This document shows, one piece after another, positions 50,700-60,820 of a stretch of 64,000 nt of DNA. Under the pieces are notes generated by a model that saw only the letters and a program-made list of their open reading frames with translations, was not told the DNA's origin and did not search any database. Numbering within the stretch: the first letter of the stretch is position 1; every line of letters begins with the position of its first letter. The stretch comes from Camelus ferus (Eukaryota), in the NCBI RefSeq assembly GCF_009834535.1, contig NC_045696.1, positions 103,356,001 through 103,420,000 on the forward strand, read 5' to 3'. The position numbers and the translations under genes are program-made.

Positions 50700-52080
50700 G
50701 AAACAATTTGTTAGTTTTGCCTACTTCTCACCTTTATATAAATGGAATCGTAATGATAGATTCTTTGGTGACTTGATGATTTTGTCACGTAACCTCATTT
50801 TCTTCACGTTTGTCCACGTGATGTAGGGTAGCTATCACGCCTACACTTTCACTGCTGTGTAGAATTCCATTATGTGAATATGTCGCAATTTACTTGTTCA
50901 TTTTACTGATGATAAACCTGTAGTTTTGTTTCCAATTTCTTGATAACAGCGCTACTTTGAGCATTCCTATTACTGTAGCCCTGGGACCAGGTGCAGGTGT
51001 GTAAGTGAGCCTGCTGGGTCAGAGCCGGGGGCATCTTCATTTTCACTAGATGACGCCACAGTTTTCCAATTTGATTTTGCCAAGTTACACTCTCATCTGC
51101 AGAGTGGAAAGGTTCTACCTTCCCAGTCAAGTGGATGCGAAATGATATCCTTGTAAATTTTTTTTTTTTTTGAGATTTAGCTCACATAAAATGCACCATT
51201 TTAAAGTGTAAAAGTCAGTGGTTTTTAGTATATTTACATTATGCATTTCTCACGTCTAATTCTAGATCATTTTCTCTCTCCAACAAGAAACCCCATATGT
51301 ATTAGCAGTCACCCCCTATTTCCCCATTCCTCCCAGCTCCTGGCAACCACTAACCTATTTTCTGTCACTGTGGATTTGCCCATATAAACAGAATCATACA
51401 GTATGAAGCCTTTGCGACTGACTTTTACTTAGGATAATGTTTTCCAGATTCATCCATGCCGTAGCACGTATCAGTACTTCATCCCTGTTTATTGCCCTTT
51501 TGTGGATATAGCACACATCTTTATCTGTTGATTGGAGGATATTTTGATTTTTCTCACTTTTTGATTATTTACAAATGATGTTGCTATAAACATTCTTGAA
51601 CATGTTTTTGTGTGAATGTAAGTTTTCAGTTCCGTTGGTGTCTACCTGGCAGTGGTGTACTATTTCCCAAAGCAGTTGGACAATTTTACAATCCTGCCAG
51701 CAGTGTAAAAGGGTTCCGATTTCTCCACATCCTTCTCAACACTTGTTACTGTTCATCTTTTCTTGGTGGAGGGGGGGTAATTAGTTTTATTTATTTTCAG
51801 AGTAGGTACTGAAGATTTGAACCCAGGACCTTGTGCATGCTAAGCCTGTGCTCTAGCACTTGAGCTGTACCCTCCCCCTGTTCATCTTTTTCACTAGCCA
51901 TCCAGGTAGATGTGAAGTGGTATTTCACTGTGGTTTCCACTTGCATTTTCCTAATGACCTGATGATGGTGAGCCTCTCTTCATGTGTTCAGTGGCCATTT
52001 GTATATCTTCCTTGGAGAAATGTCTATTCAGATGCTCTGCCTATTTTTAAATTGGGTTGTCTTTTCATTATGAGTTATAA
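50700..52080 (-). mobile_element. Nested L1 fragments
   Basis: Old L1 at ~50700-51150 and an L1MB-like copy from the T tail at ~51160 to ~52080, interrupted by a SINE. Confidence 0.75.
51762..51877 (-). mobile_element. tRNA-derived SINE inserted in an L1
   Basis: Family motifs on the minus strand; perfect TSD ctgttcatctttt at 51749-51761 / 51878-51890. Confidence 0.88.
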
Positions 52081-53196
52081 GAGTATGCTGAGTAAGCAGC
52101 ACTGTGGTTTGCATGTTCCAAAATGCACATTTTTTTCCACTAATTCAGAAATCTTTGTGATTGTCCTCTTTCCTCAGACTGTGGTATATTCTGGACATCT
52201 AACTGACAAAAGCATTCTTTTGCCTTTGCTTTGACCAGTTTCCTTCATTTATAAGTATTGCTACCTAGAATTTAACATCATGTTTTAAAGGCATTAGTTC
52301 TAAGGTGCATTAAGCCAAATATAACCAAAGAGGTGGTTTTCACTTTGTTTTGGTTTATGAGTTTTGGCCCTTTGGTCATGACGCAAGAGTCCGTTGATTC
52401 TTTTGGTCACGACACAAGAGTTTGTTGATTGAGATTTGGTATCTGTAGGATTTAGTTCTGAAATTCGCACCATCCACCTCCTCTAAGTGTGAGTCCTGTT
52501 TGCCTCCTCACCCGCTTCATCTTCACCCCAACCCTCTCCGTTTTCCCTCGCTCCCCACAGAGGAGGACCTGCTGTTTTAGTAGCAGCTCAGTCATACTGG
52601 CAGCCTCGCAGGATCTGCATAAAGGTCTTGCTCCATAAATCACCAGAACTTTATTCTAGCTTATTCTCAGTGAAAAGACTCAGGGCCATTAGGCAGGCTC
52701 TGTGGTTTTGATCTGTGTGTGACCTCATTTGCAGACTAGGATAGATTCTTGTTGGTTCAGAAGCAGAAACGTGGGCCTTCAGTGTGCAGAGTGGCCCGTG
52801 AGGACGATTGTGAGAACCAACGTGTGGGCCCCGTGACAGTGTCAAAGAAATGCCGGCTTTTCAGAGCCACGGTGAAAAGACAACGTGAGGCAGCGCGCTC
52901 ACAAGTCAGTAGCTGTGTTCTGACAGTGAGTTTCCATACGTACTAATTAATATTTAGCACAGGATTCTGGCTTTAATTTCATCGTGTACAGACTTGCTCT
53001 TATTTAATGTATTTGAAGTCTGCTATTCTTAGCATTGAAGGCTTTTGGGGTTTTTTTTTCTTTTTTGTTTTTTTTTCCCCCTCTACGGCTGCCTTAGCCT
53101 GTGAAGAAAAGGTTCACAGGGCCGTTCTAAGATTAATGTAGTCATTCAATTTATTTTATTTTTTTAATGGAAGTACAGTCAGTATTTTTTAATAGA

Positions 53197-53324
53197 TTTT
53201 TTTTAACTTTGGGGGGGTAATTAGATTTACTTATTTATTTATTTAGAGGAAGTATTGGGGATTGAACCCAAGACGTCATGCATGCCAAGCATGCACTCTA
53301 CCACTGAGCTATTCCCTCTCCCCC
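53197..53324 (-). mobile_element. tRNA-derived SINE (Vic-1-like)
   Basis: ggggattgaacccaag...ctctaccactgagctattccctctcccc on +, the reverse complement of the family head. Confidence 0.85.
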
Positions 53325-54387
53325 AAAATTTACTTTTTTCCTACATGGGAAGCCTCTCACTTGGGCAAATAGTGCCAGGATAGCAGAGTTTCCAATCCAA
53401 GTACACACTTTATTTTTTGTTTTTATAATTTTTGCACAATAATTATTAAGCACATTTTGATTAAATATAATAAAAGCTCATTATGGCAAATTACCTTTTC
53501 TGAGCATACATTTGGTCTTACCTTACAATGTAAGTCAAATGATTTCTTTCTAGGAATGCATTTCTAATATATTTACCACCGACGTAACCTCACTGTTGAA
53601 AGAGGATACTCACTCATTCACTAACATTTCCATCATACGTGTGCCAGTCACTGCCTTCTCTGAGCTAACATCCTAGATGAGGAGACGAGGGTTACACAAG
53701 TCCAATGACAGTGAGAATTGGTCAAGGTTGTGATGGGAGAAATGTGGTAAATGCATAGCAAATGAGATAGCAAGGAGATATCCAAAATATGTTATGCAGA
53801 CTAAAACTGTAATGCCTGTCTCACGCTCATGAAAATCTGACTGCCTGTGGCATTTTAAAATAAGGTTTAGTTCAGAGTTGTAAAGCAAAGGATACCAGGA
53901 AAAAGAGTAGATCTTTGGCGAATAATAGCAGAGTTCACCAAGGGCACTTAAAAAGATGGTGCCGTGGGGGGTCTGGTAGAAATGTGTGTGTCCTTTCGGC
54001 CTGAGGTATCCTGACGCGGCTGTCTTCCCCTCCTCCTGCTTGGTTGTTCACACCCCAGTCAGAGGCTTTCGTGCTGAGTCCAGCAGGTGTCCAGGGATAG
54101 TGCAGCAGTCCTGTACTCCGTGAGCTGCCCTCTCGAGGTCTTATGTAAGGAAAAAGAATGAAAAAGGTCTGTGATTGGTTTCATTTGAATTCTTTCTTCC
54201 TGTATTTATTTCCCCCACGCTCATGTTCTAGAAGTTTCTTTTTCACAAGCTGAAGAAACCTGGGTTCTTCCCTGGGCAGGAGACCCATCTCTCCAGCTGT
54301 AATTTAGAACAGGCTGGCTTCCTTCCTCGTCTGTGCTTTCTCCAGGCTGTAACAAGGGCTACCTCTGTTTTTTGGCATCTCCTGTAG

Positions 54388-54493
54388 ATATCTCCACAGG
54401 ACCTTCTTGGTTGAATCAGGGACTGCTCTTGAACTCCACCCAGTCAGCTTCAAATTTAGACCTGACCACTGGTGCCACCTTGTCCCAATCAAG
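54388..54493 (+). CDS. TFDP2: TFDP2 exon: (D)ISTGPSWLNQGLLLNSTQSASNLDLTTGATLSQS(S)
   Basis: cctgtag| acceptor, |gtacgt donor; 106 nt (phase 1 to 2); within ORF 54333..54677. Confidence 0.95.
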
Positions 54494-54672
54494 GTACGTA
54501 TTTTTTCAGGGTGAAGCAGGCCAGCCGTGGAGCCGGGGCCTCTCTGGAGGGGGGAGCCAGCGTGTTGCTGCCAGCGTGGGCTCTCCTTCCCCCGTGCTTT
54601 TATTCCTGTGTTTTACCAAGCTTAAAATGGCCAGCGCATTAATGAGCCTGTGTGTTTTTAATTGTTTGCTAG

Positions 54673-54856
54673 CGTAAACCAAGGGTTATGCTTGGATGCT
54701 GAAGTGGCCTTAGCAACCGGGCAGTTCCTTGCCCCAAACAGTCACCAGTCCAGCAGTGCGGCCTCTCACTGCTCTGAGTCCCGAGGCGAGACCCCCTGCT
54801 CATTCAACGACGAGGACGAGGAAGAGGACGAGGAGGACTCCTCCTCCCCAGAATAA
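54673..54856 (+). CDS. TFDP2: TFDP2 last coding exon with acidic tail: VNQGLCLDAEVALATGQFLAPNSHQSSSAASHCSESRGETPCSFNDEDEEEDEEDSSSPE*
   Basis: tttgctag| acceptor; TAA at 54854-54856; frame is consistent across all ten exons. Confidence 0.96.
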
Positions 54857-57800
54857 AGACAGGCCAAAGCCCGCGTCTTACTGTTTGATGCTCATGTGTG
54901 TTTTTAGTGTGAGCTCTTGTTTTTGAAACGATTGCTTCAGTCTTTGCCTTTGTTTGCACTGTGTGTTCAGTGAAAACTAGGGAAACACAATAAGCAAATT
55001 ACACGAAGGCTGAGATGATTGGGATGAAAGTTAACGTAGTGTGAATGGAAACTCTGGACAACAGAGCAATAGATCACATCGCAAACAAAGCGTGCTCTCC
55101 TGAGGTGGCAGAGGGGACAGTCCCCAAGGAACTGGCAGCATGAAAATAGCGCATTTATCTTCCGTGAGGTGGGGCCTCTGTGCCCCCCGCACCCACACAG
55201 CCCTCCTTAGCACCGAGACTGCCCCGGGGCCTGTCCCCGCCGCTCACGTGCCTCCCGCCCCCGGCCTGGGCCGCCTCTCACCCGGCGGCCGTGAACGGGA
55301 AGGGTTCCCGCGGGGAGGGGATGGACCGTGAGGGTGAGACGCAACCCCTGTGGCCCGCGGAGCGCAGACCGAACCGCTGAACTAGTTGAAAGCCTAGTTG
55401 AGGTGCTTTACGCATCAGCTGCCTTAGACGGCTTCTAGAAAGGAGTGAGCGTGAAATCTTAAGTACTTAAGTGACATTTAGAATAATTTATAGTAAAACA
55501 GAAATTACCATTAGCCAATGCATTGGTGCATAGAATTTTCTAGGGCTACTTCTGGAAGCCAAAATAGAATAGCATTTCCACGTGCATTAAACACTTTGCC
55601 AGCACTGCCTTTCGCCAGCATTCTAAATCTGGAGTTTTAACAGAAGGAAATTGTGTCTCGTTTTAATCAAGGTCAAAGCTATGCATTTCACACAGCTTTT
55701 TCATTTAAACAAAACAAACTCCTATGACCGAATTGCTTGCTTACAGTTCCCCATAATAATTGTATGACTTCACCCAATGTGCAATTTGTGAAAATGAACC
55801 AAATGTCATTACTTTTGTCTTAAAAGTATTTCAAGAATATGAACAGCAATTTTCCTGTACATGTCACCTTTCCTACATTTTCATCAATCAGAATGACCAT
55901 ATTGGGTTTAGTCTGGGGTACATTGCATTTCATACTAACCCGACATTCGGTGTTCACAGAAATACAGAGAAACGTTGACCACTCCAAGTGACCGGGTGTG
56001 TGGTCGTGGGTGTTTAGACAAATGTTATCTTGTAGCCAAAGGTGCCACCAGGACCCTTGTGGTGCTGGGCTCGCGGTTACCGCTCCCCTGAATGGGGCAT
56101 GGAGGCAGGTAGGAGCCTCTGTCCCTCATGGAGACGCCTGCCCCCGTGGCCAAACCCTGACCTAAGCTTACATTAAGGCCTTGAGAATGAGGAAATGACC
56201 ATGGAAAATGAACTCCAAATCTTTGACTTGAAGCATTTGGATTTGCCCCTAGATTCTGCATCTAGCGTCTGTGGCCTGGGCCCTGAGCTCAGCCCCAGCC
56301 CCAGCCAGCTCTTTCTAAGCCCCTGGGAGTGCAGGAGCTGTGTGCAGGCTCTTGCACAAAAGCCCTGTGCCTGTAGACAGTGAGCTGGTGGGGAAGGGGC
56401 GCCAGCCAAACAGCTGACACCCTGGGGCGTGCCGTGTTAAGTTCCTTTGAGACAAAGCTCAGTCTGTCAAAAATAAGCCATAGTGCAGACCCAGAGTGTT
56501 CAGGGCAGAGGTGGGGCAGGTGGGGAGGGGTCTGAGCACACTCCGGGGGCCTCCCAGAGACAGGCAGACTGGAAGGTGGTTGGCTGCACAGTCAGGGAAA
56601 ATCGGGTGGCCCTTCAGACTCTCCTGAGAGGCCGCCTTTCCCTTCAGCAACCCTCACCTTCCTCATCCCTGTACTTGGAGGGGGACCAGCAGGGACCCAG
56701 AGAGGCCAAGAGCCACAGCTAGCTTTTCAGATTCTGAATTTCGTGCTACAGGTCCCAGGCCTGCACATCAGCATTGGTGGCAGGCCTGCTCATCATAACC
56801 ATCGTGCAGAGGAGCAGGGTCCTTGCCCGGGTTCTAGGAGAAGGCTCCCTTCTCTGTTCTCTCTGCCGCTGTAGTGCTGTACATTGACGAACTGTGGGTG
56901 TGGAAGAAAAAGCAACCAAAGACTCCTGTCATTTGTTTTTGGTGGTGGTGTTTGGCAGGCAGGAGCCTCTGTCCCTCAGTAAAGTTTGGCTTCCTGCTGA
57001 GGACACCCCACAGAGCCGCACTGTGGTCACCAGGACACATCACTGTGTAAAGCTTTACCTGAGCAGAAAGCTAGATGATGAAGTTTAGAAAGAGAAGTTT
57101 TGTTATTCTGTTTCTCCCCTAAATAGGTTTATCTGGTCTCAAGTTTATAGAAATCGGAGAGAAGAAATGTTAGGAGATTGTGATCACAGCCTTCAGGCTT
57201 CCTCAGAGGAGTGGCTTGGGGTTACTGGCCCCACGGACACCCCTCTCAGAGGGTGCTGGTCACAGTCTGCTTTGGGGGCAGTTCAGGAGGCCTTTCCCTC
57301 CCCCCTTCTCGGGCCAGCTTAGCTGGTGACCTTTCCGGCACATAGTATCACCCAGTCAGTGCATTCTTGCCCTGTTAGCACTCGTGCGGGTGGCACACAG
57401 CCTGCGCTGTTTGGCCCTCGTGTGGAAGTGTCCACAGCAGTGCTGACGGCGCCCCGGCACCTGCCCAGCCCTCCCTGCCCCTGCCCCTGCCCCAGTGTGA
57501 TTCTGTCTCATCCACTTCATGTTGTGATGACACGCTGATGAAGGCAGCTTCAGTAAGTGTGGATATAAATTGTGCCTTATGATCGTGGAGGTCCTGGGGA
57601 GGGGCCAGGAAAGGAGGTGCTAACAGTGACTCCTCACCGCTTGGTAATGCCCATCACTCCCCCCGCAGAACTTCACCAGTGATGGCACTGGGTTTGTTCC
57701 CTTCAATTAAATGTCTTACAGAAGCAGTGGGAAGAAAACTATACACGGCTTCTGCCATTTTACCAGGTAAAGAGGGTAACTCCTCATAGTTGTAACCACA

Positions 57801-60544
57801 CTCGCCATACGTGAGATGATGCCGGGTGAGCCCCAAACACAGGCGAGCCCCTGCAGGCGATTCAGATGGAGCGCTTCCACCACGGATGGCCCTGTTCAGC
57901 TGTGCAGACAGCAAAAACCTGGCTGTTTGCTCAATCACAGCCCCTCCTTGGCTACTTGGGTTGTAGAGACAGCAAAGTTTGGATGAAACTTAGGCCCTGG
58001 TCGGGGTGGGTGTCCGTGGGGGCAGGGTTAGCCCAGGAAGGGAACTGCCTCAGCTGCTTATGCTGTGACCACACTCAGGGAGAAGCCTGTTTGGCTGTGT
58101 CAGTGATTGAAGGCCTGTCTGGCTCTCTCCCCTCGGGCGTGTCTGGGAGGTGGATGCAAGACTGCTGTGAAGTGGTCCATTCAGGTGGGGGTTGGACACT
58201 GAATGTAGAGATTGAATCTTTCAGTAAGTGTTTGAGGGAATACAGAACAGAAAACATTCAGATTGATTAGTGCTGAGAAAAAATGACAGGGCCATGGGAC
58301 AGTGGGGGAAGGCTCCTATGGTTGGGGGTGTCCATGGAAAGCCTCCTGAGAAAGTGACATTTGTCAGGCAGGTGAAGGACCCCTCTGCCACGCCACCCTG
58401 TCCCATGACATGCACTTGGAGTCACTACCGAATTCCAAAGGCCCCACCGTTCCAGCTTTAAGAATACATTTTGGAGTCTGTTTTGGAATTTTTAAGATTT
58501 AAAAGAAAACCAAACCTAGCTACCAGCAGTATCCACAAACCAAGAGAACAGCCTCCCTATGAAGTTCTCGTCATTGGCTTTGTCACCTTCCAGCTGAACC
58601 TACACAACAGAAAAGTGACTAAAATTGAGAACTTTTCTAGGTGTTTTCTTCTAGTTTTACAAGTTGTTAGATACATAAAGATCTACTTTTTATATTAGAT
58701 ACACAAAAGAGAACCTTTTATTCTGCATTTGGACTGGCTTTAGTGGCACTCAGGACTATCTAAGGACCATTTTCCCAAATAGGTTCCCCATTTTCAGGCC
58801 CCCAAGGCAGTGGTCCCCCAGCACTGACGGTCACTGGTGTGTTTATCAAGCCCCACGGTGTGTGCGCCAGGGGCCTGCACCATGCCTTTGACCCTCAGAA
58901 ACGTTGCCTCCCTGCTGTCTAATTCTCAGTTCATCATTTGTTAAACTTCCACTCAAGCCAAACACTGTTACCCAAAAGGAAAGAGTCTGATGTTTTACCT
59001 TTTTCTAAAAAATCCAAGCTACATGCCCACATAAATGACATTTCTCAGGAATTAGTCAAGATAGCTCTGAAATTTACACTTAGATAAGCTTCGGGACCCA
59101 GTTTTCCCGCATACATCTAACACACACTGTGCTAAGAAAGAGAAGGCAGGGCCACGAACTCTGCCCCTCCAGTTACGGCCTGCGAGTCCCTGGCGAGCGC
59201 AGGCACGAGGTGGCCGCGGACGTGTGTTCACCGTGTGCCGAGACGGGAGAAAGCATATTCACTTGTGTGCAGCTGTTCTTTCAGACAAAACCTTGTGGTC
59301 TTACCTGGCCTTTGCTTTACACTAAGGTCCATGAATTCCATGCTATCCTGACCCCTTGCTGTTCCAGCAGACTGGACTTTGGTCCTCCCTGCTTATAGCT
59401 GCCTTAGAAGCCAGTGTAGCTGAAACGGAAGGGCAGGACTCGCCCCTGCTCCACCAGGGGCCTCGAGCCGGGGGAGAACCTCTCTTCCACCCGCTGACAT
59501 GAAACAAGCCCAGAGCTTGACTTGCCGGACGTCCGTCAGGCCTGTCTGGCAGAGTCTGCACCACATCCAGAATCTCTTCCTCCTGTGGGGGCTGCACTGC
59601 CCCCTACCAAGTGTGCTCTCACCACCATCCTTCCAGAGGGCTTTGGTGTTGGCATCAGCCCCTGTCACAGCAAGTGCTGAGCAGCTGGGGGGCAGGGGGG
59701 GACTTTGCTCACAATTGCAGCGTCAGGCTGTGGTGTCAGCTCTGGGTCTCTCCACTTGGACGGCCCAGGCTTAGACGGTCACACCTGGGAAGAGACCTGT
59801 TCCTGGGCAGGACCAGCCTGCACATCGGAGGGGACTTGAGAGGTTAAGTTACCGACTGACCCTTCTGTACCACGTGAGCTTGGTGTCTGTCTCAGCATAA
59901 CAAGGAAACGTCCTCAGATCATGTTTGGGTTTTAAAACCCAGCGGTTTATCACTTCAGACTCCCCGTTTTGTCACTTACCGTGTGTCATCTTTGACATGC
60001 CAGGCACCACCTAGTAACAAGTGGCCTGATGGTTCTGCTGTTCGTGACCGGAGTCAGAGGTGGGCCTCACGCTAAGTCCCTGGGGATGCAGGCTTTTCTA
60101 AAAGGCTGCCCCGAGCACCTCGCGGTTGTGTTCCCGGGTCGCACCACGGCGGGCCCAACCGTTCAGCGTCCTGAAAAAGGGAACCGCTGGCCGTGCCCAG
60201 CCCGGAGGAGCGGTTCAGTACTGCACGTTCCTCCAGGCGGCTTGTTTGCCATCGCCACCCTGTTAGACGAAAAGGAAAGGTCGTGAGCCCAGATCCCCAG
60301 TTAGCTCACCTTTTCCTTTGGCGATGCCGTACTCTGACCATATGCTATTAGGTTTTATTTCCAGAAAATGTAGTTCTGCTTTTTTCTGCATGAAGGAAAC
60401 ATCATGGTGCCACATGCTTTAAGCAGTTTAAACAAGAGAAATAAGGGGGAAATGCAAACACCACATCTGACCTGCCTAATGTAGACTTTATTAGATTGAA
60501 GTACCTAACCTAAATGATGTATTATTTTGTAGCATCTCAAACTT

Positions 60545-60554
60545 TGTAAATAAA
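60545..60554 (+). terminator. Candidate distal polyadenylation signal (TGTA-AATAAA)
   Basis: AATAAA at 60549-60554, several upstream TGTA elements, U-rich sequence downstream. Confidence 0.5.
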
Positions 60555-60679
60555 TACCATTATTTTTATATGGAAATTTTATAGAAGAGCTATTTCTGTA
60601 TACTTAATTATTCCTGGATTTTCTGAAATTGCTTCCAGTAGGTAAAGGACAAGTCCTCACTTGTGTTCCTATGAGGATG

Positions 60680-60820
60680 GTTCAAGGACCACCCGCAGCA
60701 GAATTGATGGGGGTTAGTTTTTAAATCTTGCATCCCTGAGGCCCACCCCAGAAGCTCACTCAAAATCTCTGCGGGTCGGGCCTGGGAAGCTGTATTTTTA
60801 ATAAACTCTGAGTGATTTTT
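60680..60820. mobile_element. MER5A-like remnant near the 3' UTR end
   Basis: ggcccaccccagaagctcactcaaaatctctg...gcctgggaagctgtatttttaataaactctgagtgatt. Confidence 0.55.
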
